Source of the DNA: an uncultured Gemmatimonadaceae bacterium
GTDB taxonomy: Bacteria > Gemmatimonadota > Gemmatimonadetes > Gemmatimonadales > Gemmatimonadaceae
DNA length: 64,000 nucleotides
NCBI GenBank assembly: GCA_963740355.1
Contig: CAVUDW010000003.1
Location: 2,368,001 to 2,432,000, forward strand
Direction: 5' to 3'
Shown: one piece after another, positions 9,530 to 19,728 of the stretch
Layout of the letters: every line of letters starts with the position of its first letter
Numbering within the stretch: the first letter of the stretch is position 1
The notes under the pieces: model-generated
What the model was told of the DNA's origin: nothing
The model's input: only the letters and a program-made list of their open reading frames with translations
Database searches by the model: none
Translations under genes and position numbers: made by a program

Positions 9530-11229
9530 TCATGCGCGCATCGTTCCGCTTTCTGCTCCTCGGCCTCGTCGCCGCCGGCTGCACCCGTCCCACGCCAGCG
9601 CCGGTTCCGATTCCGGCAGTGCCGGCACCGCAGACGCCAGCGCCGCAGCCCGCAAAGCCTGGCGAGGTGATGGTCGATCCACGACGGGTCGACGCACCGA
9701 GTGAAACGCGCCCGGCCCTGCGAGGCGCCGTCTCGCTGCCGACGCCGCCGCTGGCCGCGCGTGAATTCCGCGCAGTCTGGGTCGCGACGGTCGACAACAT
9801 CGATTGGCCGTCACGTCGCGATCTCAGCACGGCCGACCAACAGCGCGAACTGATCGCGATTCTCGATCGCGTGAAAGAGCTGCACATGAACGCCGTGGTC
9901 TTCCAGGTGCGGCCGGCTGGCGATGCGATGTATCCCTCGGCGCTCGAGCCATGGTCCGTGTATCTCACCGGCGCGCAGGGCCTGGCTCCATCACCGTCGT
10001 GGGATCCGCTCGCTTTCGCCGTGCGCGAGGCACACGCCCGCGGGCTCGAGTTGCACGCCTGGTTCAACCCATATCGCGCACGCCATCCCAGCGACAAGTC
10101 GCCGCTGGTGGCGTCACACATGGCTGTCGCGCAGCCTGCGCTGGTGAAGCGGTACGGCTCGCACCTCTGGATGGACCCGGGTGAGCCGGCGGTGATCGCG
10201 AAGTCGATCGCGGTGGTGCTGGATGTCGTGAAGCGATACGACGTCGATGGTGTGCACATCGATGATTATTTCTACCCGTACAAGGAACGCGACAGCCGCG
10301 GGAACGTGATCCCGTTCCCTGACGAGCGCAGTTACGCTGCCTACACGTCGAAGGGTGGCACACTCGCGCTCGACGACTGGCGCCGCTTCAATGTCGACAC
10401 GTTCGTGCAACAGATGTACACGCGTGTGAAGGCCACCAAGCCATGGGTCAAGGTCGGCATCAGCCCATTCGGGATCTGGCGTCCAGGATTCCCCGCCGAC
10501 GTGCGCGGCTTCGACAGCTATGCCGAATTGTACGGCGATTCGCGCCGCTGGCTGCGTGAAGGCTGGCTCGACTACGCGACACCGCAATTGTACTGGCCGA
10601 TCGCGAAGGATGGACAGCCATATCCATCACTGCTGCGCTGGTGGGCCGCCGAAAATGTGAAGGGCCGGCACATGTGGCCGGGCAACTACACCAGCCGTGT
10701 CGGCACCGCCGCCACCTGGACTGCAGATGAACTCGTGAACCAGATCGCCGTCACGCGTCGCCAGGGCAATGCCACCGGCAATGTGCACTTCAGCATGGCG
10801 GCATTCATGCCACGCGGTTCGGCGGCGACGCGCGCCGAGCGTGACACGCTGGCATCGCGCCTGATCCGGGAGACGTATGCGATTCCGGCACTGGTGCCCG
10901 CATCGCCATGGCTCGAAGCTGCCGGCACGGTGCTCTCGGCGCCGATCGTGCGCGAGGATCGCGACGCGCGTACTGGTGCGACCTTCCTGCTTGCGACGCT
11001 TCCCGCCGGTCAGGTCGCACGCACGTGGGTCATCTCACGCTGGGATGGTACGATGTGGACGACCGATCTCCGACCCGCTGACGCGGCCCCGCTCACTGTT
11101 GCCATCGCCGCCAACGCCGCAGAAGGTGTCGGCTACTGGATCAGCTGGATCGATCGCGCCGGCGTCGAATCCCCGCGCACCGGCTGGCTCCGCACCAGCG
11201 ACGGCATCGCGCGCCTGATCGCGCAATAG
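9526..11229 (+). CDS. GHL10-family glycoside hydrolase lipoprotein (YddW/DigH-like)
   Basis: Lipobox AAGC; REFRAVWVATVDNIDWPS, FQVRP, LHAWFNPYR, DGVHIDDYFYPY. Confidence 0.9.
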   Translation: MIMRASFRFLLLGLVAAGCTRPTPAPVPIPAVPAPQTPAPQPAKPGEVMVDPRRVDAPSETRPALRGAVSLPTPPLAAREFRAVWVATVDNIDWPSRRDLSTADQQRELIAILDRVKELHMNAVVFQVRPAGDAMYPSALEPWSVYLTGAQGLAPSPSWDPLAFAVREAHARGLELHAWFNPYRARHPSDKSPLVASHMAVAQPALVKRYGSHLWMDPGEPAVIAKSIAVVLDVVKRYDVDGVHIDDYFYPYKERDSRGNVIPFPDERSYAAYTSKGGTLALDDWRRFNVDTFVQQMYTRVKATKPWVKVGISPFGIWRPGFPADVRGFDSYAELYGDSRRWLREGWLDYATPQLYWPIAKDGQPYPSLLRWWAAENVKGRHMWPGNYTSRVGTAATWTADELVNQIAVTRRQGNATGNVHFSMAAFMPRGSAATRAERDTLASRLIRETYAIPALVPASPWLEAAGTVLSAPIVREDRDARTGATFLLATLPAGQVARTWVISRWDGTMWTTDLRPADAAPLTVAIAANAAEGVGYWISWIDRAGVESPRTGWLRTSDGIARLIAQ

Positions 11230-11239
11230 TCCTCGAGAG

Positions 11240-11342
11240 CACAGCGAATCGCGGAGGCGCAGAGAACTGCAACTGCTGAACGCCTTTGACACAAAACTTG
11301 AATCGGACCAAAGCAACAGCCGCAAAACTGCGATTCGCTGTG
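11240..11342. repeat. Intergenic element with 13-bp terminal inverted repeats between convergent genes
   Basis: CACAGCGAATCGC (11240-11252) and GCGATTCGCTGTG (11330-11342); A-rich interior. Confidence 0.55.
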
Positions 11343-11354
11343 GCTCGAAAGCTC

Positions 11355-12590
11355 TCAGTCCCGATACGGCGAATCGCTCTCGGATGATGCAGGCGCTGAT
11401 GCCGCGACCGGCTGTGTCGCAACCTTGAGCGTGGTCGGTGCCCCAGTCACTTGCAGCGCGCGCAGGATCCCAGGGCCGAGCAGGTCGGCCTGCCAGCGGC
11501 GCAGATCGGGCGTCTCGTAGAGCTCCTCGATCGTCGTCGGCATCCGACGCGCGATCGTCTCGAGCTTCTCGCGCGAGCAGAGCACGCCAGGGTCCAGTTC
11601 GAGATTCGTCGCGACTTCGTCACGCACAGCACGCAGCCGTGCCGCGCGATCATCGAACTCGGGATCCTTCTCCCACCGCGGCGCCTTCGGGAACTTCGGC
11701 AGTGCCGCTTCGTCCAGCGCCATTGCGCGTGCGACGCAGGCCAGCACCACATCGCCGCGCTGGTCCAGCACACCGCGTGGCATGCCCTTGATCACGCCGA
11801 GCGCCTGACGCGTCGTCGGCTGGACGCGACAGATCTCGAGCAGCACGTCGTTGCTCACGACACGAAACGTCGAGCGATCCAGCTCCTTCGCCACACCATC
11901 GCGCCATGGCACGAGTTCGCGGAGCACCGCCAGTTCGCGGCGCTTCAGGTCGCGCGCACCCTTCACCTTCAGGAACAGCTGTGTTGGATCCTCGGCCGAC
12001 CACTGCGTCTGCTCGAGGCGTGCGAACTCTTCTGCCGCCCAGCCCAACCGTCCTTTCGCGTCCAGCTCGGCGTGCAGGATGTCGCGCAGCGCCAGCAGGT
12101 ACATCGTGTCCTGCGATGCGTACTGCAACATCCCTTCACTCAGCGGCCGCAGGCTCCAGTCGGCGCGCTGGAATTTCTTGTCGAGCGAAATCCCGAAGTG
12201 CAGTTCCAGCAACGCCGCGAGGCCAAACGCCTTGTAGCCAAGCAGTTGCGCCGCGATGCGGGTGTCGAAGATGTGCCGAGTGGCCCAGCCGTAGTCCTGA
12301 CGCAGCAGGCGCAGGTCGTAGTCGGCGTCGTGGAATACGATCTCGATATCGCGACTCTCGACCAGCGGCCGCAGCGACGCCAGGTCGCCCGACGCCAGTG
12401 GATCGACGATGGCCGTCGCTGTCCGCGTCGAGAGCTGCATCAGGTAGACGCGATCGACGAACCGGTGGAAGCTGGCCCCTTCCGTATCGAGCGCGATGCT
12501 CGGCGCGTTTGCGATCTCTTCGGCGAAGGCGGCCACCGCCGCAGCGGTATCGAGGTACTGCATCACATGGCTGGGCGGGCGTGGCGGCAT
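11355..12590 (-). CDS. rnd: Ribonuclease D (DEDD exonuclease plus HRDC)
   Basis: IALDTE, VFHDADYD, FDTRIAA, ADWSLRPL, YASQD; HRDC-like WRDGVAKELDR. Start set at ATG 12590. Confidence 0.9.
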   Translation of the reverse strand: MPPRPPSHVMQYLDTAAAVAAFAEEIANAPSIALDTEGASFHRFVDRVYLMQLSTRTATAIVDPLASGDLASLRPLVESRDIEIVFHDADYDLRLLRQDYGWATRHIFDTRIAAQLLGYKAFGLAALLELHFGISLDKKFQRADWSLRPLSEGMLQYASQDTMYLLALRDILHAELDAKGRLGWAAEEFARLEQTQWSAEDPTQLFLKVKGARDLKRRELAVLRELVPWRDGVAKELDRSTFRVVSNDVLLEICRVQPTTRQALGVIKGMPRGVLDQRGDVVLACVARAMALDEAALPKFPKAPRWEKDPEFDDRAARLRAVRDEVATNLELDPGVLCSREKLETIARRMPTTIEELYETPDLRRWQADLLGPGILRALQVTGAPTTLKVATQPVAASAPASSESDSPYRD

Positions 12591-12645
12591 GAGGGAAGCA
12601 TAACCGCCCCGAGGCTCCCGGGCTGACGCCGTGCCAGATTGAGGC

Positions 12646-13470
12646 ATGGAACAGACTCTCGCGCTCCCCCACGGCACGCTCGCCTGGGACGACGTCGGCC
12701 CGCGGCACGCCGCGATCACCGTCGTGCTCATCCACGGATTTCCACACGATCGGTGGCTCTGGTCGGCCCAGACCGCGGCGCACGCGACCGCATTCCCTGA
12801 TGTCCGCCTGTTGGTGCCCGACCTGCCGGGGTTCGGGCGATCGACCCCACTGCCCGAACCGGGCATGGACGCCTATGCGGACGCGATCGCGTCCATGCTC
12901 GATGCCGCGGGGGTGGAGCAGGCGGTGATCGGCGGGCTCTCGATGGGTGGGTACGTGGCGTTCGCGCTCTGGCGGCGCCACGCGGCCCGAGTCCGCGCAC
13001 TGCTGTTGCTCGACACCAAGGCCGCCGCCGACACCGAGCCGGCGCGGCTGAAGCGTCGTGAGTTGATGGCGTCGGTGGGCCAGGAAGGCGTCGGACCGGC
13101 GGTGCCGACGTTCCTCCAGCAGCAACTGGGCGTCACGACGCGCGCGACACAGCCGCAGCTCGTCGAGCAGGTCGAGGTGATGCTGCGCCGAGCACCGGCC
13201 AGTGGCGTCATTGGCGCCGCGCAGGCCATGCTGACGCGCATCGACTCCACATCGACGCTCGAGACCATCACCGTGCCCACGCTCGTCGTCGTCGGGGACG
13301 AGGATACCGTGACGCCGATGGCCGACAGCCTTGTCTTGTCATCCAGCGTGGCCGGCTCGCGCCTGGTCACCATTCCCGATGCCGGCCATCTCGCCCCGCT
13401 CGAACAACCCAGCGTCGTGAACGCCGCCATCGCCGAATTCCTCGACGTGGCGGTGCGGGGCGCAGTGTGA
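12646..13470 (+). CDS. Alpha/beta fold hydrolase
   Basis: LIHGFP, PDLPGFG, GLSMGG, GDED, AGHL. Confidence 0.9.
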   Translation: MEQTLALPHGTLAWDDVGPRHAAITVVLIHGFPHDRWLWSAQTAAHATAFPDVRLLVPDLPGFGRSTPLPEPGMDAYADAIASMLDAAGVEQAVIGGLSMGGYVAFALWRRHAARVRALLLLDTKAAADTEPARLKRRELMASVGQEGVGPAVPTFLQQQLGVTTRATQPQLVEQVEVMLRRAPASGVIGAAQAMLTRIDSTSTLETITVPTLVVVGDEDTVTPMADSLVLSSSVAGSRLVTIPDAGHLAPLEQPSVVNAAIAEFLDVAVRGAV

Positions 13471-13480
13471 TCAGCGCGCC

Positions 13481-13744
13481 TTAGCGCGTCGGACGGCCAG
13501 GCGGGTTCGGGCCCTTGAACACGTCGCGATTGATCTGCACGTACTTCTGCATCGCCGCCGGCACGTCTTCCTCGGGGAAGATCGCCGTCACGGGGCACTC
13601 GGGCTCACACGCGCCGCAATCGATGCATTCGTCGGGCTGGATGTACAGCTGATCCGGTCCCTCGTAGATGCAGTCCACGGGGCAGACGTCAACGCACGCC
13701 TTGTCCTTGGTATTGATGCAGGCTTCGGTGATCACGTACGGCAT
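13481..13744 (-). CDS. Dicluster (7Fe-type) ferredoxin
   Basis: MPYVITEACINTKDKACVDVCPVDCI...ECIDCGACEPECP. Confidence 0.95.
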   Translation of the reverse strand: MPYVITEACINTKDKACVDVCPVDCIYEGPDQLYIQPDECIDCGACEPECPVTAIFPEEDVPAAMQKYVQINRDVFKGPNPPGRPTR

Positions 13745-13911
13745 GTGTGCGATCCGACGATTGAAGGGCTTTGGACGGGAGCGCGCAGGTCGACCCCGCG
13801 CGCGTTGCCGGCGTGAGCCGGACAGAAGGGGATTTACGACTTTTTTTCGCTGACGCAACCGGGGATTCACCTGCCTGTCTCACCGAGGAGCCAGCGATCA
13901 AACCAGCGCGA

Positions 13912-14220
13912 TCAGCTCCGCCACGGCGGAACACCACTCTTGCGCTTCAAGTCGGGATTCCAGCGATAGAGCGTGCAGGTGCGACCGATGACCTGCACCA
14001 CCTCGGCACTGGTCGCCTCAGCCAGCCGATTGGCGGCCACCTTGGGCGTCTCGTCCGTGGTCTTGGCCAACTGAATCTTCACCAACTCCCGCGTGCGCAA
14101 CGCGTCGTCCACCGTTTCGATCACGGTCTCGGTCAACCCCTGGTGGCCGATGTGTACGGCGGCCACCAGATGGTGTGCTTCACCACGCAACGCTGCGCGG
14201 TCCTTGCTGGTCATGGTCAT
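13912..14220 (-). CDS. yhbY: YhbY/CRM RNA-binding protein
   Basis: RAALRGEAHHL, IGHQGLT, RELVKI, VQVIGRTCTLYR. Confidence 0.9.
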   Translation of the reverse strand: MTMTSKDRAALRGEAHHLVAAVHIGHQGLTETVIETVDDALRTRELVKIQLAKTTDETPKVAANRLAEATSAEVVQVIGRTCTLYRWNPDLKRKSGVPPWRS

Positions 14221-14870
14221 CGCAACGCTCCCGGCAGCTGGAGAAACGGCTTCGGATCGATCGGGATTCCATCCCAGAGACGATCACGATCGAGCAACCG
14301 CATGATCTGGAAATGCAGGTGTGGAGCATTCACCGGTGCATTCCCCGTCGTCCCAACGTAACCGAGCACGTCCCCCCGCTGCACACGCTGGTCGACATGC
14401 AGATCAGGCGCGTAGCCATCGAGATGCGCGTAGTAGTACACAAACCGCTCATCCGGATCGGTGGCGTAGATGGTGATGCCACCTAGCGTATTGCGTGACA
14501 GTCGCCGGATGACCCCCTCATCGGCGCTGATCACGAGGGTCCCGCGGGGCGCCATGATGTCGGCCGCATTGTGCCGGCGCCCGCCACTCCGACCGTCGTT
14601 GAAGGTCTTCAGCACATCGTCGGGATACTTGCCGAGCACGGGGACGGCGAGAATCCGACCGCGCAAACGATCGAGATCGTCGACGGTGACCGTGCCCTTC
14701 GCGGCATCGAAGTAGATCCCGTCAGCCGCCGGACCAGACTGCGACGGCGCCGGCCGACGCGCGACGGGCCGCGGCGATGGGTCGATCGACGAGTTGGCCG
14801 AGCCACTCCGACATGCTGAAGCCATCATGGCGACAGCAATACAACAATAGAACGGTCTGCTACGCGACAA
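14217..14870 (-). CDS. M23 family metallopeptidase, putative lipoprotein
   Basis: HNAAD (HxxxD), YYAHL, GTTGNA, PHLHF; lipobox ASAC. Confidence 0.9.
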   Translation of the reverse strand: MSRSRPFYCCIAVAMMASACRSGSANSSIDPSPRPVARRPAPSQSGPAADGIYFDAAKGTVTVDDLDRLRGRILAVPVLGKYPDDVLKTFNDGRSGGRRHNAADIMAPRGTLVISADEGVIRRLSRNTLGGITIYATDPDERFVYYYAHLDGYAPDLHVDQRVQRGDVLGYVGTTGNAPVNAPHLHFQIMRLLDRDRLWDGIPIDPKPFLQLPGALR

Positions 14871-15192
14871 CGTCTGCGCGCTTGGCGCTCGCTTCGGCCG
14901 AAAATCCGTCCGGATAACGCTTCCGCAGCTTGTCCACGTTGCGCTGGGCCACGTCGTCCAGCGACACTCCGATCGCCGTCGCCATCCCGGCCACGTACCA
15001 CATCACATCGCCGAGTTCCTTCACCACCTCGTCCGGGTCGAGTGGCTTCCCGTGGAAGAGGTGCTTCTTCAACATGTCCGCGGTTTCGCCCGCTTCGCCC
15101 GCGAGGCCGAGCGCCATGTTCGACAGCTGGTCGGCGTGGGTGCGGGTGCCGATCGTGCGGGCGGCGAGCTGCTGATACTCGTCGAGGGTCAT
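14860..15192 (-). CDS. MazG-like nucleotide pyrophosphohydrolase
   Basis: LGLAGEAGE, KELGDVMWY, NVDKLRKRYPDGF. Confidence 0.9.
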   Translation of the reverse strand: MTLDEYQQLAARTIGTRTHADQLSNMALGLAGEAGETADMLKKHLFHGKPLDPDEVVKELGDVMWYVAGMATAIGVSLDDVAQRNVDKLRKRYPDGFSAEASAKRADVVA

Positions 15193-15313
15193 GGGCGACG
15201 CGGGGCGGAGGGTGACGGTCAGGACGTGGCGAAAGCTACTGGTTCGTCAATTCCGCACGAGCCAGCGCGCCCCACCACTCCCTGCCCACACATCCGTCCC
15301 GCTCCCGCACGAT

Positions 15314-15787
15314 TCACGGCATCGCCGGTCGCGACGGCCGCCCGATCGCGACCGGTTCGGCCGGTGCGCGCTGCGGCACCTTGCCGATGGGCGAGGCGTC
15401 GATCGTTCGCCAGATCGTCCAGGCGAACACATACGCTCCGGACGCCGACAGCACACCACCGATCGCCAACAACCACACCGCGCCGGACAGGCCACTGCCT
15501 CGCGCGATGAACCCACCTGCCATCACCGCCAACCCCACGTTCGACAGCCACCAGTGCACGACCGGCAGGCGTTGGCTGGGCAGTGGCGCACCGCTGAAGC
15601 GCGGCACGACGTGGTAGGCCACACCGAAGATCATCATCGTCACGAAGCCAAGCACCACCGAGTGCGCATGCGCTGGCCGGTACACGGTCCACGCAGGATA
15701 GAGCGCCATCAGGATGCCACCGGTGGTGCCGATGACCAGCCAGGCGAGGCTCGATTTCAGGAACGCCTTGACGAAACCATCCATCAT
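15314..15787 (-). CDS. Small four-TM membrane protein with AHAH motif (heme-copper-oxidase-subunit-I-like fragment)
   Basis: Hydrophobic helices; PAHAHSVVLGFVTMMIFGVAYHVVPRF; ATGA coupling to the upstream gene. Confidence 0.7.
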   Translation of the reverse strand: MMDGFVKAFLKSSLAWLVIGTTGGILMALYPAWTVYRPAHAHSVVLGFVTMMIFGVAYHVVPRFSGAPLPSQRLPVVHWWLSNVGLAVMAGGFIARGSGLSGAVWLLAIGGVLSASGAYVFAWTIWRTIDASPIGKVPQRAPAEPVAIGRPSRPAMP

Positions 15788-16113
15788 CCCGGCCGCGTGG
15801 CGCCGTGCGATCCAAATTGCGCGTCGAGGGAAATCAGGACCGATTCCAGGTCGGCACCCGCCGATTTCGCCGCATCGCGGAGCGAAGCGCCCGCACCACA
15901 ACACGTATCGATGCCAAACGTGTGAAAGATCGAGACGGCGGCTGGATGCGCGCTGACCACCGCACGCACCGAGACGAGCGGATCGATCACTCCAGACCAG
16001 GTGGCATCACGTGTGTCGCTGGCGATGACATCGGTTCCGTCTGAACAGCTGCCGCCGCAACAAGTCGAGTCGGCGGTCGAGACAGCCTGTGGTTCTGTGA
16101 TCAACGAGCCCAT
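15784..16113 (-). CDS. Stand-alone ScdA_N (DUF542)-like domain protein
   Basis: HPAAVSIFHTFGIDTCCGAGASL, resembling the N-domain of RIC/YtfE; extra N-terminal TCCGGSC. Confidence 0.75.
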   Translation of the reverse strand: MGSLITEPQAVSTADSTCCGGSCSDGTDVIASDTRDATWSGVIDPLVSVRAVVSAHPAAVSIFHTFGIDTCCGAGASLRDAAKSAGADLESVLISLDAQFGSHGATRPG

Positions 16114-16341
16114 GACCGTATACCTCGAGTGCAGGGACGCGGGTCGAGACCGGAGCAGGTGCGCTGCGGCTCATCTCCCATCGTGGTATGTGAGTTTGCG
16201 GCCCAACCGCGGCGAAGGCTGTCGGCATTCGCCGTAGCTTTGCTTCATCTTTCCCCGACGATCACGGCTTCGTCGCTGCGCACTCGCCGCACAGGCCCAG
16301 TTCGCACCGGTTCGCGCTCACCTCGACTTCCCGAAAACCGC

Positions 16342-16728
16342 ATGCCAATCGTCACCATCGTCGTCGGCACCCTGCTCTCCCTGATCGGCATCCTCGGCTA
16401 CGTCTTCAGCGACACCCACAGCCTCACCGCACTCATTCCGTTGGCCTTCGGCTCGTTGCTCGAGGCGTGTGGCGCGCTGGCATTGAACCCGAAGATGAAG
16501 AAGCACGCCATGCACGGCGCGTCGGTGCTGGCGCTGCTTGGCATCCTCGGCTCGGCACCGGGCGCGGTGAAGTTTCTGCAGCTGATCACCGGCGGCGACG
16601 TCGCGCGACCGCTGGCAGCGAAGACACAGGCCGCGATGTTCGTGATCTGCCTCGTGTTTCTCGGCCTCTGCATTCAGAGCTTCCGCAATGCGCGGGCGGA
16701 GCGCATGGCCACGGGCAGCGCTGCCTGA
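16342..16728 (+). CDS. Small hypothetical membrane protein (about 4 TM)
   Basis: Hydrophobic ORF with SLTALIP and KHAMH motifs. Confidence 0.75.
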   Translation: MPIVTIVVGTLLSLIGILGYVFSDTHSLTALIPLAFGSLLEACGALALNPKMKKHAMHGASVLALLGILGSAPGAVKFLQLITGGDVARPLAAKTQAAMFVICLVFLGLCIQSFRNARAERMATGSAA

Positions 16729-16759
16729 GCCGCGGATCATTCCGCTCACTGGAGCACCC

Positions 16760-17329
16760 GTGAGGCGGGGCGTGCTTGCCGCACTGCTGCTGGCCGTGGT
16801 CGCCTGCGCGCGTCAGGATGGAGCGGCGACACCAAAGGCGGCCGACACGGTGGCTGCTGCTGCAATCGTCGAGCCTTCGCCAACCGACACAGCGGCGACG
16901 ATTCAGGCGTTCGAGGCCCGTGTCGCGCAGATCGAGCGAGACACCGCGGTGATGGATCAGGTCCAGAAGCCCATTTCGCTCGGCGCCGGCACTGATGCAC
17001 TGCTCTCGGCCTGGCGCGCCGGCCCGGTGTGGAAGCGGCTCCGCGTCGAAGCGAGCGGCACCGGCTTCCACAGCGTCGACGATTACTGGCTCAGCGATGG
17101 CGTCTTTCTTGGCGCACGCCTCGAAATGATTCGCGACGGCCGGAAGCCCTCGGTGGAACAGGTCTGGTTCCGGGATCAACGCCTGTATCGCTGGACCGAT
17201 GCGGCCGGCCGACACCCCAACCCTGCCGCACGCTCGACGCAATACGAAGTGACGATGCTGCGAGCACGGCTCGACACACTCCTGCGCCGACTCGACGCCG
17301 ATGACGCGGTGCGTCGCCCCCCGCGCTGA
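16760..17329 (+). CDS. Hypothetical lipoprotein
   Basis: GGAG RBS before GTG 16760; lipobox VVAC. Confidence 0.7.
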   Translation: MRRGVLAALLLAVVACARQDGAATPKAADTVAAAAIVEPSPTDTAATIQAFEARVAQIERDTAVMDQVQKPISLGAGTDALLSAWRAGPVWKRLRVEASGTGFHSVDDYWLSDGVFLGARLEMIRDGRKPSVEQVWFRDQRLYRWTDAAGRHPNPAARSTQYEVTMLRARLDTLLRRLDADDAVRRPPR

Positions 17330-17357
17330 CGCCACGCAGCAGGGCGACATAATGCAG

Positions 17358-19640
17358 TCAGCGCAGGATTGCGCCCCACAACAGTGGCTGGGTGTTCATG
17401 CTCTGCCCCCGATATTGCGGACGGAAGCCGAACAGGATCGCGTGACCGCGGCCGACCGTGACATCGACCATCGCCGCCTTGCCATTCAACTTCGAGCCGC
17501 CAAGCAACCAGCCGGAGAGGAGTGGGTCGCCAGTCGCTGGATACGACGCGACCGCCACCGCGCGTGTCGCGTCGGTGATCTCGAAGGTCGGGCTGTCCTC
17601 GAACCAGGCCGCTGGTACCGGTGCCGTCATGCGTGACACGATCGGGCTGGCACTGTTGAGCGTGATGGAGAGCAGTGAGCCCGGTGCGTAGAAGTCCGTG
17701 TTCTTCACACCAGTGAGCACGTTCTTCACCGGCAACTCGAGCGTCTCGATCGCATAGTCGCTGGCATCGTTGAACGTGATCAACGTGCCACCATCGTTCA
17801 CGAACGCCTTCAGGCTGGCAGCACCCGCATCACCGAGTCCACCGCGCAGCGAGTCAGGGTAGGGTGCACCAAGGCCACGCCGCAGCTGGTTGGCATTCTG
17901 GTCGGGCAGGATGATCACATCGAATCGCGCCTTCAGGTTGCCCGCCCGCATCTCGGCGTCGAGTACCGTGCGATACGGAATCTTGTTGACGTCGAACATC
18001 CAGCGCGTCCATCCCTCATCCATCGAGGCGTTGTAGCTGCGATAGATCGCGATCCGCTTCGGCGACTTCCCGCTCAAACCCTTCACGCTGAACGTGGGCT
18101 CCGGCATCGCCGCACTCAGTGCACCCATCGCCGGCGCCGCGCCGGTGACGGCATTCACCTGCACGCCGAACAACAGCGGCAGCGTGTGCGCCGTCACGTC
18201 GTACGGTCGCTTCGGCGGACCACCCGGATACTCGCTCAGGTTTGGATACTGCTGGCGCTCCAGCAGCGCCTTCGCATACGATCCGAACGGCTGCATCGTG
18301 GGCACGATGTAACTGCCAGCCGGCACCGACTCGTACACTTCGACCTGCCCGTGCTGCAGCGTCCAGATCAGGCGCTGCAATGCCTGAGGATCTTTCTGGT
18401 CGCGCGGAATCACGAACGCCGACGGCACCTCGGTGGTCGTCCACGGATGATCCGCAGCCATCGCACGATCCGCGATCGAGAGATAACTCTCCAGCCACTG
18501 CCGACGATCGCGCGCCACCGACGCCAGCATCGCCCATGTCGCGCTGGCCTGATAGGCCACGATGTCACCGTACGTCCAGCGACCGCCGGGCCAGCGCGCC
18601 GGATAGTTCCACGATGTCACTCGCGCGTCGTACCCACGCGCGGTGCCGAGTTGCGTGAACGGCATGTCGATCGGCGACGCGAGCCGCGCACTCGCGGTCT
18701 CGGTGAGGATGCGCACGCCGTGATGGTTGAGCGAATACTGCCGCGCCGGCGACCACTGATCGTACGACGCATTCGTCGCCACACCCGTCTTCCCTTCGGC
18801 AATCATGCGCCATCCCATGCTCATGCCCAGCGCATTGGTGCTGGCGGTCAGCACGGGATCGATGTTCGGCTCCACCGGATCCATGTACGGCGGAATGAAG
18901 ATGCGACCACCGTTCGCGCCCTGCTGGTGAATGTCGTTCACGATCGCAGGAGTCCACGGCGAGTACAGCGAGTCGAGCACCATCCGCTGCTCCACCTGCG
19001 TGAACGCATACCAGTCGCGGTTGTTGTCGTGCCCCGTGTAGTGATGGTAGATCTCCGGCGGTTGCGTCCCTTCCGCCGGTGTGCCGAGCGTGCTGCGATA
19101 CCAATCTCCAACGATGTCCACACCGTCAGGGTTCTGGCTCGGCACCAGCATGATGATCGTTTCCTTCAGGATCTCGCGGGATTCGGGCGTGTCACTGCGG
19201 ATCAATCGATCGGCGATCACCAGGGGTGATGAGAATCCGCCGACTTCCGTCGAGTGAATGCTCGATGTGATGAGGACGATGTTGCGCCCCTCGTTCAGCA
19301 GCTGCTCGCGATTGGCGCTGCCACGCTTTCGCGGATCGAGCAACTGCTGCTGCACCTGACGGAAGTGCTCGAGGTTGGCCAGGTTCGTCGAGTCACTGAT
19401 GAACGCCACTATGAACGGCCGGCCCAGCGTCGTCTTGCCAAGGGTGCGAACCTGCACATTGGGACTCGCCGCATCGAGTGCCGTGAAATAGTCGGTGACC
19501 TGCTTCCACGACGGGAGTTTCCGGTCGGTGCCGGGCTCGAAGCCAAGGATGCTGGCAGGGGTGGGCACGGCGGGGCGCTGTGCATGCACTGCGGCAGCAG
19601 CGGACAACGCCACCGCCACGGTGAAGAGACGACGCATCAC
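17358..19640 (-). CDS. M14 family zinc carboxypeptidase with a C-terminal GATase-like domain
   Basis: Signal peptide; IHSTE (HxxE), QNPDG, DNNRD, DIHQ; MDEGWTRW. Confidence 0.9.
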   Translation of the reverse strand: MMRRLFTVAVALSAAAAVHAQRPAVPTPASILGFEPGTDRKLPSWKQVTDYFTALDAASPNVQVRTLGKTTLGRPFIVAFISDSTNLANLEHFRQVQQQLLDPRKRGSANREQLLNEGRNIVLITSSIHSTEVGGFSSPLVIADRLIRSDTPESREILKETIIMLVPSQNPDGVDIVGDWYRSTLGTPAEGTQPPEIYHHYTGHDNNRDWYAFTQVEQRMVLDSLYSPWTPAIVNDIHQQGANGGRIFIPPYMDPVEPNIDPVLTASTNALGMSMGWRMIAEGKTGVATNASYDQWSPARQYSLNHHGVRILTETASARLASPIDMPFTQLGTARGYDARVTSWNYPARWPGGRWTYGDIVAYQASATWAMLASVARDRRQWLESYLSIADRAMAADHPWTTTEVPSAFVIPRDQKDPQALQRLIWTLQHGQVEVYESVPAGSYIVPTMQPFGSYAKALLERQQYPNLSEYPGGPPKRPYDVTAHTLPLLFGVQVNAVTGAAPAMGALSAAMPEPTFSVKGLSGKSPKRIAIYRSYNASMDEGWTRWMFDVNKIPYRTVLDAEMRAGNLKARFDVIILPDQNANQLRRGLGAPYPDSLRGGLGDAGAASLKAFVNDGGTLITFNDASDYAIETLELPVKNVLTGVKNTDFYAPGSLLSITLNSASPIVSRMTAPVPAAWFEDSPTFEITDATRAVAVASYPATGDPLLSGWLLGGSKLNGKAAMVDVTVGRGHAILFGFRPQYRGQSMNTQPLLWGAILR

Positions 19641-19728
19641 GGCAGACTCCGGATTGTGGGGGCGTAGTACATGTAGTTCGGCACGCGTGGCTGGCGCCGC
19701 TACGCGCCACGACCTGCCAGTGCTGGAG

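Noticed and set aside
16220..16237. TGTCGG-N6-CCGTAG partial dyad upstream of the ScdA_N gene
   Set aside because: Imperfect, single instance, and plausible by chance in GC-rich DNA.
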